Source of the DNA: Xanthobacteraceae bacterium
GTDB lineage: Bacteria > Pseudomonadota > Alphaproteobacteria > Rhizobiales > Xanthobacteraceae
Length of the DNA stretch: 64,000 nucleotides
Direction of reading: 5' to 3'
Assembly (NCBI GenBank): GCA_049288525.1
Contig: JBAQHW010000144.1
Coordinates: 776-64,775 of the forward strand
Each line of letters opens with the position of its first letter. The stretch's first letter is position 1. A model generated the notes under the pieces. That model searched no databases, was not told the origin of the DNA, and was given only the letters and a program-made list of their open reading frames with translations. Shown here piece by piece: positions 1 to 9,636 of the stretch. A program made the position numbers and the translations under genes.

Positions 1-862
1 AACCCCGGACGTAGTCGCTGTAATCGTAAGGCGAGAAGACCGCCTCATAGATATCGCCATAGCCGTAAACCCAGAAAGGATCGGCGTATTCGTAGTCACC
101 CGGCCACAGCGAATAATAGAAAAAGTCGCCATAGGCGTACGGCCAGAACAGCGGGCCAACCCAGCCGAGGTGGTCATAGGGGTGCCAGCCGTGGTGCCGC
201 CAGTCGTGGCCCCAGAACGGCCGGAATGCAGCGTTGGAGACAAGCCGGCGGCGATCCCTAAAACCTCGCGGGTTGGCGGCGTTCGCCAGCGGCCGCAGAT
301 GTGCGTTGGTCAAGGCGCGGTTGTTCGCCTTCGACACGCCGGCCGTGCTGGGGGTTAGCCCATTATGGTTATGGCCGCGGCCAAGACGGTTGTGGTCATG
401 CGCAAGCTGCGAAGCGGCGTTGGTGTGCAGCCCGGAGTTTGCCTGAGAATGGCCGTGGAGGCCGCGAACGTGGGCGACGCGGTGTGCCGAGTTGAGGTGA
501 GGACGAGTTGCCCTGAAATGCGGGTGGACGGCGCTGACATGCGGCGCGAAGTGCGGGTGCACGGCACTGACGTGCGGCGCGAAGTGCGGGTGGACGGCAC
601 TGACGTGCGGCGTAAAATGCGGGCGAACGGCGCTGATATGCGGCGCGAAATGGGGTGCCGCGGCACGAGGAGCAAAATGAGGCATCGCCGCGCGCGGCGC
701 GGCATGAGGCGCAACATGCGGCGGCGGGTGCCCTCCCCCGCCGGGATGAGGACCGGGCTTGGCGGCGAGCGCAGTCCCCGCCATGCTGCACAGCAATAGA
801 CCTGCCGAGGCAAAAGCAGTGGCGGCTTTCCAATTTGTAATGTTGTTCGCCAATCGTCGCAT
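1..862 (-). CDS. Secreted His/Pro-rich tandem-repeat protein. It is partial: the 3' end runs off the left edge, so it is absent from the ORF track.
   Basis: I translated the third minus frame from ATG 862..860, with GGAAGGA a few nt upstream. The N-terminus MRRLANNITNWKAATAFASAGLLLCSMAGTALA looks like a signal peptide. It is followed by repeated PHF(A/T)PH(V/I)SAV(H/R) units, then a Trp/Tyr/His-rich region (WGHDWRHHGWHPYDHLGWVGPLFWPYAYGDFFYY...YGYGDIYEAVFSPYDYSDYVRG). The frame stays open to position 1. Confidence 0.6.
   Translation of the reverse strand, partial: MRRLANNITNWKAATAFASAGLLLCSMAGTALAAKPGPHPGGGGHPPPHVAPHAAPRAAMPHFAPRAAAPHFAPHISAVRPHFTPHVSAVHPHFAPHVSAVHPHFAPHVSAVHPHFRATRPHLNSAHRVAHVRGLHGHSQANSGLHTNAASQLAHDHNRLGRGHNHNGLTPSTAGVSKANNRALTNAHLRPLANAANPRGFRDRRRLVSNAAFRPFWGHDWRHHGWHPYDHLGWVGPLFWPYAYGDFFYYSLWPGDYEYADPFWVYGYGDIYEAVFSPYDYSDYVRG
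515..679. repeat. 33-bp tandem repeat, about 4 good copies plus 1 degenerate, in frame inside the His-rich protein gene
   Basis: Units are 515-547, 548-580, 581-613 and 614-646 (gaaRtgcgggtgSacggcRctgacRtgcggcgc), with a decayed fifth copy at 647-679. The period is 33 nt, equal to 11 codons. Confidence 0.85.
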
Positions 863-1190
863 TGAAAATCCTTCCATCGCGTCAGCCAAACGCCTCGCCG
901 TCCGCTCCGTTCCGATACCTCCGTGACTGTGATTGACGAGGCAACTCACCGTCAACGAGCACCGCTTATCCTCTACGCATATCCTCCACGTTGTCGTTCA
1001 TAACGAGCGGGGCGTGTCACTCGCGTATGGCTCTCGTCAATCTTCAGTTGAGCCGTCGCGCCGAACGCCCATGTCGGGCAGCCGCATTCGCAAGGGAACC
1101 TAATTCCCACCAAAAAGTTCGCTTCTACGCGGCATAGGGCGCGTTGGGGGCGACTGCGCAAGAAGACAGCCAAGCAACAAGCGGACGATC

Positions 1191-1589
1191 ATGCGCGCAG
1201 CCCACTTTGTCGTTCTAGGGGCGTTGGCTTTTGGTCTCGCCAGTTGTGGCCAAGGCCCAAAGGGTGACTCCGGTCCTGCTGGTCCAACTGGCCCGAAGGG
1301 CGATCCCGGTCCGGCGGGGCCGCCGGGTGCTGAAGGTCCGCCCGGGCCAACCGGCCCCCAGGGTCTACAAGGACCGCCAAGTCCGACCATACGCGTCGTC
1401 CGCGCCAGCTGCTTGACGTCGGGAAATTGCGCGGTCGGCTGTCGCGAGAATGAAGTGCTGGTCATGGCCTATTGCGGCCCAACGCGGAACCCCGCGACTT
1501 TTGTCGGCGAACGGCAGGCAACATGCGGGGTGGAAGCAACGACCGCCAATGCGCCGGCCGTTGCGGTATGCGCGGCGGCACCGCCCTGA
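1191..1589 (+). CDS. Collagen-like (G-X-Y)14 lipoprotein with a Cys-rich C-terminal domain
   Basis: Signal peptide plus lipobox (FGLASC). There are 14 uninterrupted Gly-X-Y triplets at 1254..1379 ([42 protein letters not shown]). A ~65-aa tail with 6 Cys follows. Confidence 0.8.
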   Translation: MRAAHFVVLGALAFGLASCGQGPKGDSGPAGPTGPKGDPGPAGPPGAEGPPGPTGPQGLQGPPSPTIRVVRASCLTSGNCAVGCRENEVLVMAYCGPTRNPATFVGERQATCGVEATTANAPAVAVCAAAPP

Positions 1590-1696
1590 GGAGTATTTCA
1601 TCACACCGCGATTTCGTATGGACGACCTGATATGAAGGACGTTGCGACGACCATTTAAGGCTTTCGACGGTTGACCAGAGGACCTCCCTTATTTTC

Positions 1697-2920
1697 ATGA
1701 GAATCTCGAATCCGCTGCGCAGTCGTCGCCGTGCCGTTTACGCAGGCGCCGTCGCCCTCTTAGTCGCGATCGTCGCAGTCGCAGCGGTGCGGCATTTTCA
1801 TAAGGCTTCGCCCCCGCCGGCGCCCCCGCCGCCGATTCCGGTGACGGCCGGCGTGGCGCAGCGTCAGAACGTGCCCGATATTGTTGACGCTATCGGCACC
1901 GTTCAGTCGATCGACAATGTATCCGTGCAGGCCCAGGTCAATGGCCCGATCATCAAGATCGCGTTCACGCCAGGGCAGGACGTCAAAAAGGGTCAGGAGC
2001 TGTTCCTGATCGATCCGCGGCCTTACCAGGCGGCACTTGATTCACAGGAAGCACAACTGGCGCACGACCAAGGGGTTCTGGCGGAAGCACAGGTCGATCT
2101 CACGCGTTACCAGCTCCTGGCGCAGCAGAATTCCATCGCCAAGCAGCAGGCGGAAGATCAAGTCTATGTCGTCGAGCAGGACAAGGGCACGGTCCAGCTC
2201 GACCAGGCAAATGTCGAGACGGCGCAACTCAATTTGGCCTATTGCCACGTGGTCGCGCCGATATCGGGACGCGCCGGCGCGCTATTGGTTGACCTCGGCA
2301 ATCTGGTCGGCCCAAGCAGCGGCGCCGCGGCAGCGTCGAGTAGCACATCGAGCACGAGCGGCCAGGCGACGACCGGGGCGATGGTGATGATCGCCCAAAT
2401 CAACCCGATCTATGTCAGCTTCAATGTACCGCAGACCTATCTCGACCAGATCAAGCAAAACCAAGCCGTCTCGCCGCTTGAAGTCGATGCTTTCTCGCAG
2501 GCCGGGAAGCTCCTGGAAAAAGGCAAACTCACGCTCTTCGACAACCAGGTGAACACCAGCGCCGGCACGGTGCTCCTGCAAGCGACCTTCCCCAATGCAG
2601 ACGTGCAGCTATGGCCCGGAGAGTTCGTTCGCACGCGGCTGACCATCGACGTGCGCAAGAACGTCGTGACGGTGCCGACAATTGCGGTGATGGCCGGACC
2701 GAACGGTTCATACGTTTACGTCATCGATCCCGACATGACCGTTAAACGCGTCAACGTCGACGTGACGGTCAGTCAGGACGGCCTCTCGGTCATCGGCAAG
2801 GGTCTTTCCGGCAACGAAAAAGTGGTCGTCGACGGCCAATATCGGCTGGACAATGGCAGCAAGGTCGCCGTCGCACAGACAACTGAACCCGCTCAGACAA
2901 CCCAAGTCAGCGGCGAATGA
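1697..2920 (+). CDS. RND efflux membrane-fusion (periplasmic adaptor) protein, MdtA-like, system 1
   Basis: HlyD/MFP-type sequence with an N-terminal TM anchor. It is clearly paralogous to the ORF at 8294..9598 (IDPRPYQ..L....AQL..D...[22 protein letters not shown]). Its stop overlaps the next start (ATGA at 2917-2920). Confidence 0.9.
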   Translation: MRISNPLRSRRRAVYAGAVALLVAIVAVAAVRHFHKASPPPAPPPPIPVTAGVAQRQNVPDIVDAIGTVQSIDNVSVQAQVNGPIIKIAFTPGQDVKKGQELFLIDPRPYQAALDSQEAQLAHDQGVLAEAQVDLTRYQLLAQQNSIAKQQAEDQVYVVEQDKGTVQLDQANVETAQLNLAYCHVVAPISGRAGALLVDLGNLVGPSSGAAAASSSTSSTSGQATTGAMVMIAQINPIYVSFNVPQTYLDQIKQNQAVSPLEVDAFSQAGKLLEKGKLTLFDNQVNTSAGTVLLQATFPNADVQLWPGEFVRTRLTIDVRKNVVTVPTIAVMAGPNGSYVYVIDPDMTVKRVNVDVTVSQDGLSVIGKGLSGNEKVVVDGQYRLDNGSKVAVAQTTEPAQTTQVSGE

Positions 2921-5900
2921 ATATCTCCGAAATTTTTATTCGCCGGCCGATCGCCACCACGCTTTTGATGACGGGCGTACTGCTCTTCGGTTCTGTCGGT
3001 TACGAACTGCTGCCGGTTGCCGCCCTTCCCAATGTAGAATTCCCGACCATTTCCGTTACCGCGAAATTTCCGGGCGCCAGCCCCACGACCATGGCGGAAA
3101 CGGTTGCGACGCCACTGGAGAACCAGTTCACCCAGATACAAGGGCTGTCGCAGATGACCTCGACCAGCGGTCTGGGTCAGACCACGATCACATTGCAGTT
3201 CGACTTGAACGTCGACATCAACGGCGCTGCGGGCCAAGTGCAGCAGGAAATCAACGCCGCGAGTGGCCTTTTGCCAAAGACCATGCCGACGCCGCCGACC
3301 TATCGTGAAACCAATCCCGCCGATCGGCCAATTCTCATTTATGCCGTCCATTCGGACGCCATGCCGGTCTATCAACTGGATACCTACGCGAACACGATCT
3401 TGGCGCAGTCTCTATCGACGGTGGACGGCGTCGGCCAAGTTTCGATTGGCGGCGAGGAGGAGCCGGCAGTCGCGGTGCAGGTCGACCCGGGCGCAATTGC
3501 ATCACGCGGGCTAGGGCTCGCCCAAATCGCGAGTGCGCTCACCAGCGCCACGCTGGAGGCGCCGAAGGGCGAACTCGAAGGCCCACGCCAGCAGTACACG
3601 CTGCAAACCAACGATCAACTCGTGACGGCCGATCAATTCCGCAACATCATCGTCGCCTATCAGAATGGTGCACCGGTCCGGCTGAAAGACGTCGCTACCA
3701 TCACGAATTCTTCGCAGACGCCGTACACCGGCGCCTGGTTCGATCGCCAGCAGGCCGAGCTTTTGCTGATATTCCGTGCCGCCGGCGCCAACACGGTTCA
3801 AGTCGTCAACGACATCAAGGCGAGGATGCCTCAGCTTGAGAAAGCCATTCCGCCGTCGGTTCATGTCGATCTGTTGAGCGACCGTTCTCAGGACATCCGC
3901 GCATCCGTATCCGACGTCGAAGAGACCCTGATTATCACGATCATTCTCGTGGTTTTGATCATTTTCGCTTTTTTGCGGAAGCCCTGGGCCACCGCCATTC
4001 CCAGTATCACTGTCCCGCTTTCCATCGTCGCCACGTTCGGGGCGATGTACATTCTTGACTACAGCCTGGACAATCTGTCGCTGATGGCGCTGACGATCTC
4101 CGTTGGCTTCATCGTCGACGACGCAATCGTGATGATCGAGAATATCGTGCGCTATATCGAAGCGGGACAATCCGCCTTCGACGCAGCGATCGAAGGCGCC
4201 GGCCAGATCAGCTTCACGATCGTTTCCATCACCTTTTCGCTGGTAGCGGTCTTTATTCCCATCCTCTTCATGTCGGCCATTGTCGGACGCCTGTTCCATG
4301 AGTTCGCGATGACGGTGACCATTGCCGTCGTAGCTTCAGCATTCATAGCACTGACGCTCACGCCGATGATGTGCTCGTTGTTCCTTTCCCGCGAGAGTGA
4401 AGAATCCCATGGTCGGATGTATCGCGCATTCGAGCGGTTCTTCGACGCCATGCTGGCGGGGTACGATCGTGGCCTCAACTGGGTTTTCCGGCACCAGTTG
4501 AGCACCCTGCTTTCGACGGTCGTGCTGATCGTACTCACGGGTTATCTTTATTACATCATCCCCAAGGGCTTTCTTCCCGAACAAGACACAGGCTTTCTGT
4601 TCGGTCAGCTCGAAGCGCGGCAGGACGAATCGTTTGCGGCGATAAGCGCCTTGCAGGATCAGATCGCCAAGATCGTCCTTCAGGATACTGCCGTCGCCGG
4701 GATGGTGAGCTTTGCCGGCTCCACGGGCGGAAATTCGAGCGAAAATACCGCCCGCATGTTCATTCAGCTCAAGCCGTTCGGGGACCGCGCCGGCATCGAA
4801 CAGGTGATGGCGCGCCTGCGGCCGAAGGTGTCGCAGGTCATCGGCGCGCGATTTTATATGCAGGCCGCGCAGGACATTACGGTCGGCGGGCGGCTCGAGC
4901 AGGCGCAGTATCAGTACACGCTAACTGACACGAATTCCGACGAACTCAACCATTGGGCGCCGATACTGCTGGCAAAAATGCAGGCGATGAAAATTCTGAC
5001 CGACGTCGCCTCCGATCAGCAGATCGCTTCGCCTGAGATCGACGTGGCGGTCGATCGCGACGCCGCCTCGACCTATGGCGTGACGCTGTCGGCTGTCGAT
5101 ACCGCGCTTTACGCAGCTTTTGGCCAACAAGAGGTGACGACGATCTATCTGCCCACACAGCAGGCGAAAGTACTCTTGGAGGTAAAGCCCGAATTTCAGG
5201 TCCAGCAGACCGACCTGTCGACAATTTACGTGGCTGGAACGAACAGCGCCGGCGTGGCCACGCAAGTGCCGCTGTCAGCGGTGGCGCACTACACCGACAA
5301 GGTCGTACCGCTCACGATCAATCACCAAGGCGTCTTCCCGGCAGTCACGCTGTCGTTCAACCTCGCCCCGAATGCGTCGCTGAGCCAGGCCGTCGACGCC
5401 GTCTCAAGCTTGGAGTCGCAACTCCACACACCGGAAACGCTGACCGGCACCTTTCAAGGCACGGCGCAAGCGTTTCAGGCATCGCTCACGACAACGCCTC
5501 TCCTGACGCTTGCCGCGATCTTCGTCATCTACATCGTTCTGGGAATGCTCTATGAGAGCTTCATCCATCCCATCACTATTCTTTCGGCGCTGCCGTCGGC
5601 CGGCGTCGGCTCGCTCCTGATGCTGATGCTGTTCGGCTACGACCTGACGCTGATCGCCTTCATCGGCATCATTCTCTTGATCGGCATCGTCAAGAAAAAC
5701 GCCATCATGATGATCGACTTCGCACTGATAGCCGAGCGTGACGAAGGCAAAAGCCCGCTTGAGGCAATCCATCAGGCCTGTCTGTTACGATTCCGGCCGA
5801 TCATGATGACGACAATGTGTGCGCTGATCGCCGGCCTGCCGCTGGCTTTCGGCCAGGGCGCGGGATCGGACCTGCGGCGGCCGCTCGGCATCGCCATCGT

Positions 5901-6039
5901 CGGCGGCCTTCTGGTGTCGCAATCGCTGACGCTGTTCACCACGCCAATCATCTATCTGTATCTCGATCGGCTCAATAATTGGGTGGGAGGACGCTCCGCT
6001 CCGGCGCGCGACTCTCGGCCGGAGGCGTTGCCGACCTAG
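2917..6039 (+). CDS. RND multidrug efflux permease (MdtB/MdtC-type, 1040 aa), system 1
   Basis: Typical AcrB/MdtB N-terminus (MNISEIFIRRPIATTLLM) and 12-TM/large-loop architecture. It shares conserved blocks with the two downstream RND paralogs ([28 protein letters not shown]). Confidence 0.93.
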   Translation: MNISEIFIRRPIATTLLMTGVLLFGSVGYELLPVAALPNVEFPTISVTAKFPGASPTTMAETVATPLENQFTQIQGLSQMTSTSGLGQTTITLQFDLNVDINGAAGQVQQEINAASGLLPKTMPTPPTYRETNPADRPILIYAVHSDAMPVYQLDTYANTILAQSLSTVDGVGQVSIGGEEEPAVAVQVDPGAIASRGLGLAQIASALTSATLEAPKGELEGPRQQYTLQTNDQLVTADQFRNIIVAYQNGAPVRLKDVATITNSSQTPYTGAWFDRQQAELLLIFRAAGANTVQVVNDIKARMPQLEKAIPPSVHVDLLSDRSQDIRASVSDVEETLIITIILVVLIIFAFLRKPWATAIPSITVPLSIVATFGAMYILDYSLDNLSLMALTISVGFIVDDAIVMIENIVRYIEAGQSAFDAAIEGAGQISFTIVSITFSLVAVFIPILFMSAIVGRLFHEFAMTVTIAVVASAFIALTLTPMMCSLFLSRESEESHGRMYRAFERFFDAMLAGYDRGLNWVFRHQLSTLLSTVVLIVLTGYLYYIIPKGFLPEQDTGFLFGQLEARQDESFAAISALQDQIAKIVLQDTAVAGMVSFAGSTGGNSSENTARMFIQLKPFGDRAGIEQVMARLRPKVSQVIGARFYMQAAQDITVGGRLEQAQYQYTLTDTNSDELNHWAPILLAKMQAMKILTDVASDQQIASPEIDVAVDRDAASTYGVTLSAVDTALYAAFGQQEVTTIYLPTQQAKVLLEVKPEFQVQQTDLSTIYVAGTNSAGVATQVPLSAVAHYTDKVVPLTINHQGVFPAVTLSFNLAPNASLSQAVDAVSSLESQLHTPETLTGTFQGTAQAFQASLTTTPLLTLAAIFVIYIVLGMLYESFIHPITILSALPSAGVGSLLMLMLFGYDLTLIAFIGIILLIGIVKKNAIMMIDFALIAERDEGKSPLEAIHQACLLRFRPIMMTTMCALIAGLPLAFGQGAGSDLRRPLGIAIVGGLLVSQSLTLFTTPIIYLYLDRLNNWVGGRSAPARDSRPEALPT

Positions 6040-6526
6040 GCATCGCGGACGCGGCAGTCCCGTTGGCACTTTCAATGGCCGAGCCAGGCACGCGACTCCG
6101 CTCGCCCTGCCCCACCCCGCAGCGCCGAACGCCGATCCGGCCGACCCGCCTGCGCCGTCGGGCGGCCAACGCCCCAAGGCGGTTCCACACCGGCAACATC
6201 ATCGCCAAAGTAGTTCCAAACGCGTGAGCGCCCCCAATTTTGTGTGGATTGGGTGTAATCGCGGCTCATCGTCCGATTGTGCACATAGTGTCGCCCGAAT
6301 ATCACATCACGCACAAATTCACAGGCGAGAACGCAAGCGCGAGGAGCGATATTCACCGCCGCGTCGGGCGAGGCTATAGTCGCCAATCTCGCTCGGGGGA
6401 TTAGCGGAAGCGAAGACGAGGCACGGGGTCGCGCTGGTCTTTTGACCGGCGAAAATTCGTGCCGCGCGATCTGGTTGCGTTCGGAGGGTTACTGCAGCGG
6501 TCTAGTGCTGGCGTTGACCCACGCTA

Positions 6527-8152
6527 TTGGGCCTCGGGATGGTTTGGGTGCAACGCAGAGCTTATCTCCCTGTGCGAGTCTGCGGCCGGGCTTCGGTATT
6601 CCGCATCGCATCCGTGGGCCTTGGGCTGGCGCTCGCCGGCTGCGCGGTCGGACCGAACTATTCACGGGCGCCTGGGCCGGTACCGACTGAATTCAAGGAG
6701 TTGAAGGGCTGGAAACTCGCTCGTCCGAGCGACGATCTCCGGCACGGCGATTGGTGGAAGGTCTATCGAGATCGCGCGCTGAACGAACTGCTGCCTCAGG
6801 TCGAAATATCCAACCAGACCGTCGCTGCCGACGCCGCGGCCTATGAAGAGGCCAAGGCGCTGATTCGCGAGGCGCAGGCCGCGCTATTTCCCACCGCAAG
6901 CGCGAGCTACACCGCAATGCGAACCCGGACCGGAGCCCTCGCCGGCACGACCGGCGGCAGTGCCGTCGGCACCGGATTGGGCACTCGCTATACGACCCAA
7001 TATAGCGCGCCGATCACCGGAACTTGGGACATTGACGTCTGGGGCAGACTGCGCCGGCAGGTCGAAAGCAACACGGCAGAGGCGCAGGCAAGCGCGGCCG
7101 ACCTCGACAATGCCAAGCTGTCCGAGCAAGCCATGCTGGCGACCGCCTTTTTCAACCTGCGCGCATCGGATTCGCTGATCGACCTGCTCTCCCGCACGAT
7201 CGACGAGTACAAGAAGACTTACAACGTCGTGAACAACCAATTCAAAGCCGGCTTTTCGGTCACCGGCGGCGACGTGGCGACGGCGGATGCCAATATCCGC
7301 ACGACCGAAGCGCAGCTTTACGCCACACGCGTGCAGCGCGCGCAATTCGAACATGCGATCGCCATGCTGATCGGCCGGCCCCCCGCCGAACTCTCGGTGA
7401 GACCGCACTTGCTGGGTCGGTTCCCGCCAAGCGTTCCGGTCAGCGTTCCCTCGGCGCTGCTGGAGCGGCGGCCCGACATCGCCGCCGCCGAGCGCACCAT
7501 GCAGGAAGAAAATGCGCTGATCGGCGTGGAAGAAGCTGCGTACTTTCCGGATATTTCACTGTCCTCAATGCTCGAATTCATCGGCCCGGTCCCGACGCCG
7601 TTTTCGGCTGCGCGCTCCATCGGCTCGATCGGCGCGACCGGCACGCAGACCTTGTTCAACGGCGGGCTGACCTCGGCGCAAGTCGACGCCGCGCGCGCGG
7701 TGTACTGGCAAAGCGTCGCCAATTACCGGCAGACGTTACTGACCGCCTTCCAGCAGGTCGAAGACGAACTCGCCGCCATGCATTACTACGCCGGGCAACT
7801 GGCCGCCGAACGCAAGGCGGTCGCCGACGAACGCCAAGCGGTCAAGGTATATACGAACCAATTCCAGGCTGGCACGGTTGCCTTTACCACTGTCGTGACC
7901 GCCGAAATCGCGCTCCTGGCCGATGAAGAATCAGAACTGACCGCGCGGCAGAACCTGTATCTAGCCAGCGTCAGCCTGATCGAAGACCTCGGCGGCGGCT
8001 GGGATGCAAGCCTGCTGCCGGATCAATCCCAGCTCCTCAAGGACTTCACCTTCACGCCGCAGCTCGAATCGAACAAGCCGCTGGCCGTCGAGTTGATGCC
8101 GACGATCCAGAGCCCGTCCAATCCGCCGGCTGCACCGGTCGGACCGCCGTAA
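6527..8152 (+). CDS. RND efflux outer-membrane factor lipoprotein (NodT/OprM family)
   Basis: Lipobox LALAGC followed by AVGPNY, the hallmark NodT-family N-terminus. Two OEP repeats are present. The true start may be GTG 6572 (MRVCGRASVFRIASVGLGLALAGC). Confidence 0.88.
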   Translation: MGLGMVWVQRRAYLPVRVCGRASVFRIASVGLGLALAGCAVGPNYSRAPGPVPTEFKELKGWKLARPSDDLRHGDWWKVYRDRALNELLPQVEISNQTVAADAAAYEEAKALIREAQAALFPTASASYTAMRTRTGALAGTTGGSAVGTGLGTRYTTQYSAPITGTWDIDVWGRLRRQVESNTAEAQASAADLDNAKLSEQAMLATAFFNLRASDSLIDLLSRTIDEYKKTYNVVNNQFKAGFSVTGGDVATADANIRTTEAQLYATRVQRAQFEHAIAMLIGRPPAELSVRPHLLGRFPPSVPVSVPSALLERRPDIAAAERTMQEENALIGVEEAAYFPDISLSSMLEFIGPVPTPFSAARSIGSIGATGTQTLFNGGLTSAQVDAARAVYWQSVANYRQTLLTAFQQVEDELAAMHYYAGQLAAERKAVADERQAVKVYTNQFQAGTVAFTTVVTAEIALLADEESELTARQNLYLASVSLIEDLGGGWDASLLPDQSQLLKDFTFTPQLESNKPLAVELMPTIQSPSNPPAAPVGPP

Positions 8153-8293
8153 TGACCGACACCTCCGCAAGTGGTTGATATCTCGCAGGTTTCATGTACC
8201 CCGGGCAAATTAGCGATTATTCATTAGCGGCCTTGGGCAACGCATTTTATAAGTTCACGCAAGCAGATAGCCTGGGATCGATGAACGCCCATC

Positions 8294-9598
8294 ATGGACG
8301 AGCGGACGCGCAGAACTGGTGACGACTTAAGGCGGGCACCGGACGTCACGACGCGATCGCATTGGCGAAGCCGGATCGGCGCCGGGCTGATCGTGATCCT
8401 GCTTGTGCTGGCGGGTTACGAGGTCGTTCACTGGATCAAATCCACGCCGTCGGGCGGCGGACGTTTTCCCCAAGGCGGACTACAATCGGTCGGCGCTTCG
8501 ACCGTCACCACTGGAAACGTCCGCGAAATCGTCAACGCACTGGGCACCGTGACGCCGGTCGCGACGGTGACCGTGCAGACGCAGATCAATGGCCAGCTTA
8601 CCAATGTCGGATTCACCGAAGGCCAGGACGTCAAGAAGGGCGACTTCCTCGCTCAGATCGATCCGCGGCCTTATCAGATATTGAAAGAGCAGTACGAAGG
8701 TCAGCTTGCGCACGACGAAGGCTTGCTTGCCCAGGCGCAAATGGATCTGACGCGCTATCAGACACTCGCCCAGCAGAACTCGATCGCCAAACAGCAATCC
8801 GAGGATCAGGTCTTCATCGTCCAGCAATATAAGGGCTCGGTTCAGCAGGATCAGGGATTGGTCGATTCCGAAGCGCTGAACATTGCCTATTGCCATATCG
8901 TATCGCCGATTGACGGTCGCGTCGGCCTGCGCCTGGTCGATCCCGGAAATTACGTGCAGACCACGACCGCCTCGGGCATCGCCGTCATCACTCAAATGCA
9001 CCCGATCACGGTGATTTTCTCCGTCCCCGAAGACGATCTGCCGGAGATCATGCCGCAGCTTAATGCCGGCACGCCGTTGGTCGTGACCGCCTACGACCGC
9101 GCCAATATTCATTTGCTGGCGACCGGCAACGTGTCCGCCGTCGACAGCCAGATCGACACCACGACCGGCACGGTCAAGGTGCGGGCGCAATTCGACAACC
9201 CTGACAACGCGCTGTTTCCCAATCAGTTCGTCAATGCACGGCTGCTGGTGAAAACGCTGGCCAACGTCGTCACCGTGCCGACCTCGGCGATCCAGCGCGG
9301 CGCCCCGGGCACTTACGTCTACGTCATCAATCCCAACAGCACGGTCTCGGTCCGGCAGATCAAGACCGGCGTCGTCGACGAAAATCTCACCGAAGTGACC
9401 TCCGGCCTCACTGCCGGCGAGCGCGTCGTTATCGACGGCACCGATCGGCTGCGCGACGGACTGAAAGTTGCCGTTGCCGCCGAAAGCGGCCAGCCGGCCG
9501 CCGCCGGCGCGCCGCCGGCGCACGCCGGCAAGCCGGGCAATGGACAAGGCCATAATTCCGGCCGGCCGCAGGCCAAGCCTTCGGGCGGCGGCCAGTAG
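8294..9598 (+). CDS. mdtA: RND efflux membrane-fusion protein, MdtA-like, system 2
   Basis: MFP/HlyD-family sequence located upstream of two consecutive RND permease genes, which is the MdtABC arrangement. It has a Pro/Gly/Ala-rich C-terminal tail. Confidence 0.85.
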   Translation: MDERTRRTGDDLRRAPDVTTRSHWRSRIGAGLIVILLVLAGYEVVHWIKSTPSGGGRFPQGGLQSVGASTVTTGNVREIVNALGTVTPVATVTVQTQINGQLTNVGFTEGQDVKKGDFLAQIDPRPYQILKEQYEGQLAHDEGLLAQAQMDLTRYQTLAQQNSIAKQQSEDQVFIVQQYKGSVQQDQGLVDSEALNIAYCHIVSPIDGRVGLRLVDPGNYVQTTTASGIAVITQMHPITVIFSVPEDDLPEIMPQLNAGTPLVVTAYDRANIHLLATGNVSAVDSQIDTTTGTVKVRAQFDNPDNALFPNQFVNARLLVKTLANVVTVPTSAIQRGAPGTYVYVINPNSTVSVRQIKTGVVDENLTEVTSGLTAGERVVIDGTDRLRDGLKVAVAAESGQPAAAGAPPAHAGKPGNGQGHNSGRPQAKPSGGGQ

Positions 9599-9636
9599 GA
9601 CCGCCGCGGCGGCTGGCGCGCGGCGAAAGCGGTACG

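Noticed and set aside
6072-6386. 104-aa minus-strand ORF in the gap between the RND pump and OMF genes
   Set aside because: It is antisense within an efflux operon, has no RBS or domain features, and has poor composition. It is more likely a non-coding spacer or internal promoter region for the OMF gene.
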